DNA of 64,000 nucleotides from IMG/VR virus record IMGVR_UViG_3300021373_002652, positions 4,332-68,331 of that record; one strand, 5' to 3'. The position numbers were made by a program, and so were the translations under genes. The DNA comes from a virus. Lineage: Duplodnaviria > Caudoviricetes. Under the pieces are notes generated by a model. It searched no databases. It was not told the DNA's origin and worked only from the letters and a program-made list of their open reading frames with translations. Below, piece after piece: positions 1 to 10,533 of the stretch. Numbering within the stretch: the first letter of the stretch is position 1; the number at the start of each line of letters is the position of its first letter.

Positions 1-238
1 TAAAAAACTTTAGTTGACCTGATGTTGAACTTCCTGTTTTACCTAAATTTATTACTTTATCAAATCCAAGTTCTTTAGCTACAATATTTGGCCAACCAAA
101 TTCGTAAAATCTATTTCTATATTTTTTCCTTAGTTTTAACATATCATCAACTTTTGTGATTTGTTTATTAAAATCACCCCAACATCCATGACCTTCTGTC
201 ATAGAGCATCCCATTACAACTAAAGTATTCTTACCCAT
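1..238 (-). CDS. SGNH-hydrolase-like protein, N-terminal part (runs off the window edge; not in ORF track)
   Basis: Hand translation MGKNTLVVMGCSMTEGHGCWG...GWPNIVAKELGFDKVINLGKTGSSTSGQLKVF; paralog of 55462..56418 and 56415..57212. Confidence 0.75.
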   Translation of the reverse strand, partial: MGKNTLVVMGCSMTEGHGCWGDFNKQITKVDDMLKLRKKYRNRFYEFGWPNIVAKELGFDKVINLGKTGSSTSGQLKFF

Positions 239-242
239 ATAT

Positions 243-274
243 CAAATATACAAAAAATATTTTAATTTTCCAAG
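243..274 (-). promoter_or_regulatory. Early/host-sigmaA-type promoter (variant copy)
   Basis: Minus strand CTTGGAAAATTAAAATATTTTTTGTATATTTG; same 32-bp layout as 10 other copies. Confidence 0.6.
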
Positions 275-708
275 TCTTTTCTAAAAAACTTTCCTAATAA
301 GTTATCATTTAGAGATAACTCGTCTGCAAGTACATTATGTGAGAATTGTTCTTGTAGTTCATAGTAGGTTAAGGATTTTTTACCTTTACAGAATCTAAGA
401 ATCCTTAATTCTAATCTATCATTAATATCTTTTCTTCTATCTTCATTCAACGCCTTTTCATTTTCACTAAACCAAAGTTGTACATTTGCGTTAGATGAAC
501 GATAATCTTGCCACTTAGATTCTTTTACCACTTTTCGTTTTCTTTTGTAACCTTTTAGTGGTGGTAGTGTTCGATGTGAATATAAGGATTTTTTCCCAAT
601 ATAGTATTGACCTGTTATTCCATTTGTAATTTTGTATATGAATCCGATAGTCCCCTCGGGCATATCTGATATCTCTGTTATACATTTTCCGTTATATGTC
701 CATCCCAT
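262..708 (-). CDS. GIY-YIG-like nuclease-fold protein
   Basis: GFIYKITN...YYIGKK motif; probable start MGWTY at 708 (track start 729). Confidence 0.7.
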   Translation of the reverse strand: MGWTYNGKCITEISDMPEGTIGFIYKITNGITGQYYIGKKSLYSHRTLPPLKGYKRKRKVVKESKWQDYRSSNANVQLWFSENEKALNEDRRKDINDRLELRILRFCKGKKSLTYYELQEQFSHNVLADELSLNDNLLGKFFRKDLEN

Positions 709-1264
709 AGTTAAAAATTTTGAAATCATTATAATACCTCTCTCGTACCCAATCCTTCATCCATTTCTCAGAATATAAATGCTTGTAATATTTGTGTTGG
801 TCTAAGTTTGGATGTTTATCGTAAATTGGATTACGATTTAAATGAGGAATATTTGAATCTATACCTATTTTATTAAATAAGTATTCAACATCATTTGAGT
901 AGTTTTCATATCTACCAATATAATTCATGTGTTTATCGTTTGTACATCCTTCATGTGTATAATAAGTTTGATTTAAAAACCATAAATCATATTCATTCGA
1001 ATTTTTTAAAAAAGATTCAAAAGTCATATATCCTGTTTTTCTAATTTCATGAAAGTATGCTGATGCTATTCTTGTAAATGGATTTCTTACAAGAGTAAAT
1101 TTAAAATATTCCGATAAGTTAGTCTCTAATATTCTTAGAGAATCGTGACCAGCAGGATTTGTAGTATTTGGAATGTTTCCCAAAACTTTTGACAAACTTG
1201 TGCCTCCTGTTTTTGGAATATGAACAAAAGCCCATTTGTGATGGGCATTAATAAGTAAACCCAA
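692..1264 (-). CDS. Sulfotransferase family 2-like protein
   Basis: FVHIPKTGGTS (5'-PSB), VRNPFTRIASAY (3'-PB), YIGRYEN, YYNDFKIFNY. Confidence 0.85.
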   Translation of the reverse strand: MGLLINAHHKWAFVHIPKTGGTSLSKVLGNIPNTTNPAGHDSLRILETNLSEYFKFTLVRNPFTRIASAYFHEIRKTGYMTFESFLKNSNEYDLWFLNQTYYTHEGCTNDKHMNYIGRYENYSNDVEYLFNKIGIDSNIPHLNRNPIYDKHPNLDQHKYYKHLYSEKWMKDWVRERYYNDFKIFNYGMDI

Positions 1265-1274
1265 AATTATAGAT

Positions 1275-1457
1275 TTAGCGTGTAACTGATTCTGAATACT
1301 TTTTCAAGTTCAGTTTTCCACCTCTAGCTTTTGCTAGATTCTCTTCGTTTCTTAAATCTTTTCCACCATCTAATTCGATAGGTGTTTTATCTTTATCTTT
1401 TCCTTGTGGAAATTTTGCGAATTCAGATTTGTTGTAAAGTTCTTCAATTGATGCCAT
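1275..1457 (-). CDS. Small late protein (possibly virion)
   Basis: 60-aa ORF with AAGGAG RBS and TATTTATA motif at 1480-1487. Confidence 0.65.
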   Translation of the reverse strand: MASIEELYNKSEFAKFPQGKDKDKTPIELDGGKDLRNEENLAKARGGKLNLKKYSESVTR

Positions 1458-1479
1458 AATAAGTATCTCCTTTGTATTA

Positions 1480-1487
1480 TATAAATA
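1480..1487 (-). promoter_or_regulatory. Putative late promoter TATTTATA
   Basis: Recurrent motif just upstream of late genes. Confidence 0.55.
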
Positions 1488-1491
1488 TTAA

Positions 1492-2625
1492 TTAAGTATC
1501 GAAACGAACAATAAAGTTCATATCCATATCTGGTAAATTTTTAATTGGTGTTGGTAATTTTGCAACTGCAACCATATCTCCATCATCATCGTATAATGCA
1601 ATGGTTGTAATAAATGGTGCTAAATATGAACCTGTTGGGTCTGTTTGTCTGTATTTATCATAATCATCCCAACTTCCTGTCGATGTTCCAACAGTTCCAT
1701 AATATTCTTCTTTTCTTGATATATCTAAAATTTCTTTTATTTTTCGTTTGTGTGCTCTTCTATGTATTGATGGTTGTGATATATCAAATTCATACGGAGT
1801 TTTAAATAAAGTAACATCTACAGCAGAAGGGTTTTGTGAAAAATTAAATTCACCCGCTTTAACTTGTACAAGAACTTCTGTTTCGTGAATAGTTTTAGTA
1901 CTTCTATATTGTGCAGTATAATTTGTAATTGGGTTATCCCATAATATTACTGTACCATCTGCATAAAATACGTTTCCATATCTAGCTTCATCAATCTCTA
2001 ATTCATCAAAATCTAAAGGTACAGAAGTTTGTAATCTATTTTCTGAAAAATCTAATACCATTATATCAACAGAATCAGTATCAGTACCAAATGTTAAAAT
2101 AGCCAGACCACTTTCAACATCAAAGTTTGCAATACTTCCTGTAAATATTTCATTATCGGTATCTGTTATAGTAATATCACCTGTTTGAAAATCTATACTA
2201 TTAACTGTGTAGTTTGGATATTGTGAAACTATGTTACCACTACCATCATCTGAATATACAATCGTATTTCCATGGTCAGTTAGTAGTAATGAGTTCTTTT
2301 TTATACCTTCACCATATTTTTCTTGGTCAATTGATATAACATATGCGTTAGAACCAGTTTGTCTTTCGTTTCTAAAATTACCAATATCACTTACAACCCC
2401 ATACATTGTAAATGGATTACTATGGTCACCATAGTACTTATGTATAATCGATTTAATTAATGGATGAGTATATACATTACCCTGCTTGTTGAAAGAACCT
2501 GTTTCAAAACTTCCTGTTTCTAAAGAACCAGATATTACTTCATAATCTGAATTAGAAACAGTAAATTGTTTATAAACAGGAAAACTCTTTTTCCAAACTG
2601 CCGATTTTGGTATATTTTTTATCAT
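1492..2625 (-). CDS. Virion structural protein (baseplate/tail-collar-like C-terminus)
   Basis: C-terminal ITTIALYDDDGDMVAVAKLPTPI..VRFDT and EFNFSQNP motif shared with the upstream gene; located in tail module. Confidence 0.65.
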   Translation of the reverse strand: MIKNIPKSAVWKKSFPVYKQFTVSNSDYEVISGSLETGSFETGSFNKQGNVYTHPLIKSIIHKYYGDHSNPFTMYGVVSDIGNFRNERQTGSNAYVISIDQEKYGEGIKKNSLLLTDHGNTIVYSDDGSGNIVSQYPNYTVNSIDFQTGDITITDTDNEIFTGSIANFDVESGLAILTFGTDTDSVDIMVLDFSENRLQTSVPLDFDELEIDEARYGNVFYADGTVILWDNPITNYTAQYRSTKTIHETEVLVQVKAGEFNFSQNPSAVDVTLFKTPYEFDISQPSIHRRAHKRKIKEILDISRKEEYYGTVGTSTGSWDDYDKYRQTDPTGSYLAPFITTIALYDDDGDMVAVAKLPTPIKNLPDMDMNFIVRFDT

Positions 2626-2643
2626 AGATTCAATACTCCTTTA

Positions 2644-2651
2644 TATAAATA
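2644..2651 (-). promoter_or_regulatory. Putative late promoter TATTTATA
   Basis: Between a terminator and the AAGGAG RBS of the gene starting at 2625. Confidence 0.6.
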
Positions 2652-2660
2652 TAGTGAAAC

Positions 2661-2684
2661 AAAAAACCCCACTTTCGGTGGGGT
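2661..2684 (-). terminator. Intrinsic terminator
   Basis: Minus strand ACCCCACC-GAAA-GTGGGGT hairpin followed by a T-tract. Confidence 0.85.
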
Positions 2685-2759
2685 ATAAAGAATGATATCG
2701 TTCTTTAAGTTTTTTCGTGAACCTTTAAGTTTGCAACCCTAAGTGTTCTGTTTTATTTA

Positions 2760-3989
2760 TTAAAAGTCAAGTTTTACTTTGATTAATACTTCTTTATCAA
2801 ATGATTTAGGAATTGGTTGTGATGTTTTAGCAACTGCCAGTATCTCGTTTGAATCATTATATAAACCAATTGTACTGATAAAAGTTCTTGGGTCAGTTTC
2901 AAAACTTGATTCTGCAAATGAACCATCTGAACCAGTTACAAAAGTTGGGTTGTTAGAGAAGTTAAATTCTCTGTTTGTTGCTCTTACAAAGTAATGAGAA
3001 GTAGAAACATTTTCTGTTCTTCTTGCTTCGAAATCTCCTCCACCTACAATAGCGTTGTGTAATAAGAAATGATTCTTACCTTCTGTAGCTACAGATGTAG
3101 AAATAGAAGCTCCTTTACTATTATCCTTATCTATTGAAGTTCCGATTAAATCATGAATTGCAGTTGGATTAAGAATTACTAAACCTTGGTCAGGATAGAA
3201 TTTACCCAATCCTTGTCCATTTGAAGCAGTTGTTGTATTAACTGTTGCTTCATTTTCAGTTCCTAAATTTAATGAACCACTTGCAACATCAAATACTCTA
3301 CCAGCTTTACCAACTGTATCTGAGAATTTCTTTCCACTATCATCAATCAATGTAGAGATTCCATTAGAACCACTAATTTTCAATGACCAGTTTCCAGCAT
3401 CCATTTTCTCTTTGTAACGGGCACGAGCTACATTGATTACATAGATACTATCTGAGTCATGTGTTCCAGCTGCTGATGAAGATACAAATGTGAATTGTGT
3501 ATCATCATTATCCAATAGTATTGAACGATATTGAGCATAAGTTGCTTTACTTGCTAAAGTTGATGAATCTGAATTTGCTAATGATATAGAACCTTGACCA
3601 GTTCTGTGTCCATATGCAACTGCGTATTGTACAGCGGCTGATGTATCACTTGCTGGGTCAGTATTATATACATTTAGATAGTAGTTTGAACTTGCCTGAG
3701 AAACTTGTGTTGATGAAGTAAAGAAAGTTGATAAACTTCCAGTATCTCCACTCCACAATCCAGTCGTAACAACTTCAACTTTACCTGTTATTTGGTCAAA
3801 TTCACCAAATCGTTTATAGATGCCTTGAGCGATTGCTCCCCCACTTGCACCTAATTTATCACCACCAGTTAAATACTGATTAATGATGGATGCTAATTGT
3901 TCTGAAGTAAGAGTACCTTGATTATCAGCTAAATACGTTGATAATTCAGTTGTTAAATTTACTCCAGCTTGTCCTGCTATTTGTGCCAT
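2760..3989 (-). CDS. Virion structural protein (paralogous C-terminus to 1492..2625)
   Basis: EFNFSNNP and ISTIGLYNDSNEILAVAKTSQPI..VKLDF; Ser/Thr/Gly-rich. Confidence 0.65.
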   Translation of the reverse strand: MAQIAGQAGVNLTTELSTYLADNQGTLTSEQLASIINQYLTGGDKLGASGGAIAQGIYKRFGEFDQITGKVEVVTTGLWSGDTGSLSTFFTSSTQVSQASSNYYLNVYNTDPASDTSAAVQYAVAYGHRTGQGSISLANSDSSTLASKATYAQYRSILLDNDDTQFTFVSSSAAGTHDSDSIYVINVARARYKEKMDAGNWSLKISGSNGISTLIDDSGKKFSDTVGKAGRVFDVASGSLNLGTENEATVNTTTASNGQGLGKFYPDQGLVILNPTAIHDLIGTSIDKDNSKGASISTSVATEGKNHFLLHNAIVGGGDFEARRTENVSTSHYFVRATNREFNFSNNPTFVTGSDGSFAESSFETDPRTFISTIGLYNDSNEILAVAKTSQPIPKSFDKEVLIKVKLDF

Positions 3990-4017
3990 TTTTATTTTCC
4001 TTTTTTACTTTAATTTT

Positions 4018-4674
4018 TTATCCGTTAAACGCGGAAGCTGTTCTTACCAATCTTCTTGGGTCAGTAATTGTAACAGGAATAGTTTGTGAACCACCTGTTT
4101 CGTTTCCATAAACCGTTATAGTTGTTGTTAACGCTCTTAACAGACTTGGATTTGGAATAAACGTAAATGTTAATCCAGTTTCAATTGCTGCTGTTTGTGT
4201 AATTTCATCTCCTAAGAATGATGGAGTAGTTGCTGCTCCTGCTGCTAAACCACTACCAACAATAGAACCTGCGTTTTTATTAGCAAGTATTACTGTATAT
4301 CCTTGTTGTGTGTTACCACTTGGTGATGTAGTTGGTGAAAGAGTTACTTGACCAGATGATGGTGAAACTCTTATAGAAGGGATACCAAATTCAACTTTAG
4401 GTATCTTAGTTGTACCTTTTGGTAAAGTAACCAATTTATGTCTTAATACTTGAGTTTCATCGGGTGAAGCTTCAGTAATCGGAATTGCTTTAATTGCCGC
4501 ATCATAATAAGCACTTCCCTTTGGGTGTGCTGGTTCGTAAAGGGTGTAATCAATTTCATCATCACCCAAAGCGAACTTTGTGATGTTTAAACCATCTCCA
4601 GCTGCTAATTTCTCTCTACCCTTCTTAGTGAGAATCGCATCTACTGTGATTTCGGTGTTATTTAAATAAGCCAT
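4018..4674 (-). CDS. Virion structural protein (tail-collar/baseplate-like N-terminus)
   Basis: AILTKKGREKLA..ITKFALGDDEIDY resembles the N-terminus of P2 gpH/DUF3751-type proteins. Confidence 0.6.
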   Translation of the reverse strand: MAYLNNTEITVDAILTKKGREKLAAGDGLNITKFALGDDEIDYTLYEPAHPKGSAYYDAAIKAIPITEASPDETQVLRHKLVTLPKGTTKIPKVEFGIPSIRVSPSSGQVTLSPTTSPSGNTQQGYTVILANKNAGSIVGSGLAAGAATTPSFLGDEITQTAAIETGLTFTFIPNPSLLRALTTTITVYGNETGGSQTIPVTITDPRRLVRTASAFNG

Positions 4675-4708
4675 AATTTAAAAATTCCTTTGTTAATGTT
4701 ATTCAATA

Positions 4709-4716
4709 TATAAATA
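4709..4716 (-). promoter_or_regulatory. Putative late promoter TATTTATA
   Basis: 35 nt upstream of the gene starting at 4674. Confidence 0.55.
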
Positions 4717-4736
4717 TAACTAAATCATAAAATCGT

Positions 4737-7700
4737 TTAATCTACCTCTAAAATTGGTTCTCCACTTCCTCTACCACTATCAGAAACTTTTAATGTATTC
4801 GGATTTGTAGTAAACGTTACAACAGGTGAACCACCATCTAAAGTTGTTGCACTTGTTTGTTTAGAACCATTATAAAACGAATTTTCCAATCCAGCAGATA
4901 AGTCTCCTGTATTTCTGTAATGTGTTGGGAAATAACCATTTAAAGGTGTAACCTCCACGATATCTCCACTTACAGTTGGATTTGTTGATTCGTTTCCATC
5001 AGAACCAGTAAATGGTAAAATATTTACAATCTTTTTATATTTGGTTGTGGATACAAATTGTCTACCTTGTGATGCATCTACTGATACGTTTTCTGGTATA
5101 TCAACTTGATATGATTTTTTAAGTAAGAAAATCTTTATTCTTTCTTGAATATAATTATTATCAGAATCAAGTTTAGTTCTGATAGAGTTTCCGTTTTTAC
5201 CAAATACACCAAATCCAGCTATTGATAATGAGTCTGAATCTGTTCCGATTTGAGTAAAAGAATCAGAATCAAATTCACCTTGGATTGATTCTCCTAAATT
5301 TGTGTTATCTATTGTAAATGAAATCCCTGCCATATCAGAACCTGAATTTGCAGTTATAAATCCATTTAATGTTGTATTATCCTCAGTACCAATTGTTGCA
5401 GAAAAATCTAAATGAGTTCCTACTAAAACTTTTGAAGTATCTGTATCAATAACAGAAACAAAATCACTTGATTCACCACTTAATGATGTACTATCTGATG
5501 CAGATACTATTGTCAAGTATTGTTTATTATCAGAAGATACTCCTATATCAGTAATATCAATAACCGATTTATAATCTTTTTTAACTGCAGTAGATGGTTT
5601 CCATTGTGTTTTACTTCTTTCAAGAATATGAGGTTCTATTAACAAACCTTGACTTGTTTGAGCTCTTCCTGGTATTAATGAAATGATAATATTAAATAAT
5701 GATTGGTCTATGTATCTAATTAGTTGAATATATTCATAGATGTTTAAAGAATATCTATCGAAATAATAACCTCTTAATTGATTTAGTTTAGCGTAAGTAG
5801 GTTTATAATCATCAGAAGGGTCTCCTATATAATCATCAATATTAAACTTTCCAAATGATTTTACGATATCCATGTTAATCTCCTTTGTTGGAGAAAAGAA
5901 TAATCCTAATCTATTTGAATCGGTAGGTGATTGGTCAAATGATTTTTTAGTTGCTCTACTTTTATAATTTAAATCAGAAATTAAAGTTTGAGTTTCAAAT
6001 CTTACTTTGTTACCAACAGTGTTACCAGTTGATGGTACAACCGCCGTTACATCTCTATCATATGATTTATATTGGTATGGATATGATGAAACATTTTCAA
6101 AGTTAGATGCAATTGAAGATGTACTATATGTTCTATTAATAGATACACTTTTTATGTTAACATCTCCACTTGTATGTCTATTTTTTGGATATTCAAAATC
6201 ATGTCTTAATATTAAATCAGTTGTAGAAGCAGATACATGGTTACCATCTATAGCATCTGGTAAAAGTGTATGGTTATCTATTTTTGAATCAGATAGTGGA
6301 GTTCTCCATAACCTAAATTCATCAATTGATGCAGTTAAGTTATCACCACCAATAACCAAATCACTACCACTCTTCCAAGAACTAACTCCTGTAATTTCTA
6401 AACTTGAACTTAATTTTGTTCGTATTCTACCTTGAAACGGCTCTTGTGCATATAGATAAAATACATCATTAGAACCAGTTACTGTTTTTTGTACTACTAT
6501 TTGTGTATATTCATCATTATACAATGCTCCAAGATTCGTAGATGAAGAATATATGGTATCACTTCCACTTACTTTTAGTTCTATTGATGCAAGTGAACCA
6601 GTATCTTTATTTATATGTAAAGACCATCCATCAGTACTCATTATTGTTTGGTCTTGTCTTTGTTCTGTGTTTATTCTAATCTCAACAGAGTTAGGATAAT
6701 CATCACTAAATGGTGATGTAAATTTTTTCCATGGAACTGTAATAGCAGCTGAACCACTTAGTAGAATAGATGCTGTTCTATCTTGATAAGTAAATGTTTG
6801 TGGAGTATCTCCATCTGGGTCAGTTGGTCCACCAAATTCCATTATTGTTAATAAGGAAGCAGGTACACCATAACAACTTAAAGCCGCAGAGATTGCTCTT
6901 TTTGTACCTTTATGTTTATAGAGATATGGTAAGTTATTTAATAATCTTCTCCAAATCTCATGTTGTCTATCCTTACCACTCATTGTGGTGGTTTGATTGC
7001 CATCTATATCTTTACCAAATGCATATTCCCACAATGCTTGACCTTGAACACCCATATCAGCGTTCCACCCAAGAGATTCCAACATATGATACAACATTGT
7101 ATCATCTATACCATATTCATGTTTGTTTTCAACTCTATTACTCTTTGAAACAGCCTTAATGTGTGTGTAGATAACATCAAAGTGTTGTCCAACCATATCT
7201 GAGAATAATATAAAATCAGAATTGTTTTCATCATCTCTAATATGTTTTGGTAAATTGAAAGATAATCTTGATGTATTATATTTATCATAATCTCTCGCAG
7301 AATTTAAAATACCATTAAACCAACTAATTGTTGAAGAATCTTCTGATGAAGATATGCTGTTTAAACCAGCTCCAGGATATGAAAGTGAGGAAGATTCACT
7401 ATATAAGAATTTTTCAAATGCATCAAATCCTCTTTTTACTTCTCCAATTTTAAATTGAAGTTTTTTAGCTTCGTTTCTTGTTGCTATAGAAGATGTAAGA
7501 CTATTTACTGTATTATATTTATCTTCATAATTTTCTAATAATTTAATCTTATAGTAAAAGTTTTCAACTCGTTCACCCGCAGATGAGTATTTTATAAATT
7601 CTTTCCAATTGTAATCTTCTATACCAGCCTTTTCTAATAATAAACCTGTCCCAACTTCTTTTACTACCGAAGATTGAGTTACGAATTCTATATTAAGATT

Positions 7701-10499
7701 TTCTAAAGAAAAATCACTCGAAGATACAAATTGATTTACTACATCAGTTGAAGATGTAGAACCACTCGAAATTAAATCATCAAGAATTTGATATCCTATT
7801 TCATCACTAACATCTAAATTAAAATTTGGCGTTAATGGTGTACATTGACTAACAATATCATCTGTAATTGTTATTGTATCAATTAATGGTATGGATTGTA
7901 TTTTAGATATCCATATCTTATCATTTGTACTAACATTTCGAGGTAGTGGTTCATATAGTTTTAAAACAATAGATTTTTCTATGTTTTTATATTCTATTTG
8001 ATTTGTAGTAGGATTTGTTATCTTATCTGAAAATGTTGTTTCATCAATTCCCCATGTACCAATCAATTTATTATCACCACCACCAAGGTGTAAATAGTGA
8101 GTTAAGAATGGTGAAGTAAAATCATCAAACCCCTTTGAATTCCATTGTTTTACAAATGAAGTTCTAATATCACCAACTACTCTTCCTCTCCTAAGAGTTA
8201 AATCACCTTTATCAAATGTTATGTTAATAGTTTCAAACTTACCTGTTGCTCTTGAATCACCCTCTTCATTATATGGAACTAATAGTAATTGAAAATTAAT
8301 TATATCTCTTGAATTTCTTAAAGCTCCAAACCTTCTACCCTTTTTAATAATGTTTCTCATATTAAATTGAGCAACACCTTGTGGTTCAAATTTACCCAAG
8401 TAGTTTTCCCTTACAGGTTTACCAAGATATATGTGTATATAGTTTGTATTTACCGATTGCCATGATATGTTGAAATCAACATCAGTACCTTTAAAATCAG
8501 GTCCTTTAATTACTTGTGGATAATTAATATGTGTGATATCAGGACCAGGTAAATATGCTTTACTTTCTGCAGTAATTATACATTTTTCAATATCACCAGA
8601 ACCACCTCTTCGTGATATAGGTTGAACATATAATGTATATGTACCTGCTCCGTTTGGAAAATCTTTACCACTTAATGTAATAGTACCATTTAATGGAATA
8701 GTTTTTTTAACTTTTCCAAGTGTATAGATTACTTTATCTGCATCTACTGATTTGTATCCTATTCTAATTGCCTTTGGGTCTGATATATTTAATTGAGCAG
8801 ATGCTCTATCTAATTTAAGAGCAGGTTTAGTTGGAGGTTCAGATGCAGGTTCTTTAAATACCTGTACTTGTATATCATTATTACCAGGATATAATCTAAA
8901 ACTTGTTTCTAAACCTTTAAATTCTTTATTATTTTTTCCAGATTTAATTTGGAAACTACCATTGTGTGTAAAATCCGTTATACCATTTGCATAAAATTCT
9001 ATTCGTGGCTCGGGGTCTCCAACTTGTTGTTCAATTTCAAATATTACAATATCATCATCATCTAATACAGAACCAACTTGTCCATAATTAGTTTTCCATA
9101 AAATAGTATCATCAGTTGGAACATCTCCAATTATTCTTACCTTATAGGTTGATTCAATTTTTGGTGATTCGAGTATCTCAACATTTTTTCTTAAACTAAA
9201 ACCAACTCGTAATGCATGAGATTTAGGTCTTACAGCAACACTTGTTTTTGAAAAATTAGAATAGTCTGATGGTTGTTGTACCCACTTACCATCCACTTTT
9301 CTTTCTAATACTATTTCATAATAGTTAAATGGAATCGTACCTAACGTTAGTTTAGCTGGTTTTAATGTAGGTGATGTCTTTATAGGACTCGTACCAATAT
9401 TACCATATGGTTTTCTTATAAAACTTCTTGCAGGAACATCTCTTGGAGGTAATCCAAGCTTAGGTAAATTATCAAAATTATCATATCCATATCCACCAAA
9501 ATTGATAGTGGAAAAATTATTACGTCTATTTGAACTAGCTCCTCCAAATCCAAAATTTATATCATCAAATCCAATGGTATTTCCACCTGATGTTCTCGAT
9601 GGTCCTATATTTCCATTAAACTCTCCAAATCCAGTTCCACCTAAAAATTGTTTGTTATTACCAAGATAATCATCCATATCTCCATTGACCACTCGTGGTG
9701 GTGGAGTAACTCTTGGATTAGTAGTTCCACGCGAAGGTCTTGGTAAATTTACATCTGTTAATTCTGGTCTACCACCACTTAAAACGGGTGTAGTATCTAC
9801 TATTGGTTTAATAGTTTTTGTTATACTACGTTGTACAGAAGAAACTCTCCACTCATCTTTTGAAGTAAAGTTACTTTTTTTAACTGTAATTGTTTTTCTT
9901 TGTAATAATTCTTTTTCAGTAAAGTTTAAAACAAGTGTATGAAAATCTCCAGTTCCATTTGTTGTACCAACATCTTTACCATCAACCATTACAGTTGCAG
10001 GCCCTCTATCAGATGCAACCGTAATTTTTACAGGTGCATTTTTATCTTTAACAGTTTGTTTTATTTTTATATTTGGATATACACACTTACCATTATCATA
10101 AGTTGCGGTTGAATCATAGTTTACCGCTTTAGGGTCTTTACAACCACCCTTTACTCTTACTGGCTCTACCTCAATTGGTTTAATTGTACCTGTATTTGGT
10201 TTATCTACAATTGGTGGTAAATCTGGTTTTACAAAAATAGGTGGTTTAGGCTTTATTGGTAAATGTGAAATTTCCTCAAAAGGTTCTTTTGGTGGCCTTG
10301 GAGGATTACTTCGTACAGGTCTTGGAGATACTGTACCTCCTCTTGGTGGTGAGACTCTTCCTCCACCACCTCCACCACCTCGTAGTGAAGTAACCGCAGA
10401 TAGGGTTTCTGGCTCAAAACCCTGTGGGTTATTGCCAAACGGATTACCGAAATTATTTTCGTAATCATTAAAATCATCTTGGTCAAATCTTCTTCTCAT
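4737..10499 (-). CDS. Large baseplate wedge-like protein (gp7/P2 gpI-like core) with disordered N-terminus, PEGA-like and LamG-like segments
   Basis: IWRRLLNNLPYLYKHKGTKRAI (gpI-type KGT motif); SIDEFRLWRTPLS (LamG-like); PATVMVDGKDVGTT (PEGA-like). Confidence 0.7.
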   Translation of the reverse strand: MRRRFDQDDFNDYENNFGNPFGNNPQGFEPETLSAVTSLRGGGGGGGRVSPPRGGTVSPRPVRSNPPRPPKEPFEEISHLPIKPKPPIFVKPDLPPIVDKPNTGTIKPIEVEPVRVKGGCKDPKAVNYDSTATYDNGKCVYPNIKIKQTVKDKNAPVKITVASDRGPATVMVDGKDVGTTNGTGDFHTLVLNFTEKELLQRKTITVKKSNFTSKDEWRVSSVQRSITKTIKPIVDTTPVLSGGRPELTDVNLPRPSRGTTNPRVTPPPRVVNGDMDDYLGNNKQFLGGTGFGEFNGNIGPSRTSGGNTIGFDDINFGFGGASSNRRNNFSTINFGGYGYDNFDNLPKLGLPPRDVPARSFIRKPYGNIGTSPIKTSPTLKPAKLTLGTIPFNYYEIVLERKVDGKWVQQPSDYSNFSKTSVAVRPKSHALRVGFSLRKNVEILESPKIESTYKVRIIGDVPTDDTILWKTNYGQVGSVLDDDDIVIFEIEQQVGDPEPRIEFYANGITDFTHNGSFQIKSGKNNKEFKGLETSFRLYPGNNDIQVQVFKEPASEPPTKPALKLDRASAQLNISDPKAIRIGYKSVDADKVIYTLGKVKKTIPLNGTITLSGKDFPNGAGTYTLYVQPISRRGGSGDIEKCIITAESKAYLPGPDITHINYPQVIKGPDFKGTDVDFNISWQSVNTNYIHIYLGKPVRENYLGKFEPQGVAQFNMRNIIKKGRRFGALRNSRDIINFQLLLVPYNEEGDSRATGKFETINITFDKGDLTLRRGRVVGDIRTSFVKQWNSKGFDDFTSPFLTHYLHLGGGDNKLIGTWGIDETTFSDKITNPTTNQIEYKNIEKSIVLKLYEPLPRNVSTNDKIWISKIQSIPLIDTITITDDIVSQCTPLTPNFNLDVSDEIGYQILDDLISSGSTSSTDVVNQFVSSSDFSLENLNIEFVTQSSVVKEVGTGLLLEKAGIEDYNWKEFIKYSSAGERVENFYYKIKLLENYEDKYNTVNSLTSSIATRNEAKKLQFKIGEVKRGFDAFEKFLYSESSSLSYPGAGLNSISSSEDSSTISWFNGILNSARDYDKYNTSRLSFNLPKHIRDDENNSDFILFSDMVGQHFDVIYTHIKAVSKSNRVENKHEYGIDDTMLYHMLESLGWNADMGVQGQALWEYAFGKDIDGNQTTTMSGKDRQHEIWRRLLNNLPYLYKHKGTKRAISAALSCYGVPASLLTIMEFGGPTDPDGDTPQTFTYQDRTASILLSGSAAITVPWKKFTSPFSDDYPNSVEIRINTEQRQDQTIMSTDGWSLHINKDTGSLASIELKVSGSDTIYSSSTNLGALYNDEYTQIVVQKTVTGSNDVFYLYAQEPFQGRIRTKLSSSLEITGVSSWKSGSDLVIGGDNLTASIDEFRLWRTPLSDSKIDNHTLLPDAIDGNHVSASTTDLILRHDFEYPKNRHTSGDVNIKSVSINRTYSTSSIASNFENVSSYPYQYKSYDRDVTAVVPSTGNTVGNKVRFETQTLISDLNYKSRATKKSFDQSPTDSNRLGLFFSPTKEINMDIVKSFGKFNIDDYIGDPSDDYKPTYAKLNQLRGYYFDRYSLNIYEYIQLIRYIDQSLFNIIISLIPGRAQTSQGLLIEPHILERSKTQWKPSTAVKKDYKSVIDITDIGVSSDNKQYLTIVSASDSTSLSGESSDFVSVIDTDTSKVLVGTHLDFSATIGTEDNTTLNGFITANSGSDMAGISFTIDNTNLGESIQGEFDSDSFTQIGTDSDSLSIAGFGVFGKNGNSIRTKLDSDNNYIQERIKIFLLKKSYQVDIPENVSVDASQGRQFVSTTKYKKIVNILPFTGSDGNESTNPTVSGDIVEVTPLNGYFPTHYRNTGDLSAGLENSFYNGSKQTSATTLDGGSPVVTFTTNPNTLKVSDSGRGSGEPILEVD

Positions 10500-10519
10500 T
10501 TACCTATCCTTGTACTCTA

Positions 10520-10527
10520 TATAAATA
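10520..10527 (-). promoter_or_regulatory. Putative late promoter TATTTATA
   Basis: 21 nt upstream of the 1920-aa gene; a second copy at 10535-10542. Confidence 0.55.
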
Positions 10528-10533
10528 TTCATT

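Noticed and set aside
262-708. GIY-YIG ORF as an intron-borne homing endonuclease
   Set aside because: No interrupted host gene, no intron structure and no C-terminal DNA-binding repeats
2685-2759. Riboswitch in the spacer after the 409-aa gene
   Set aside because: An imperfect hairpin is present but it lies in a 3' UTR before a terminator and matches no riboswitch consensus I recognise
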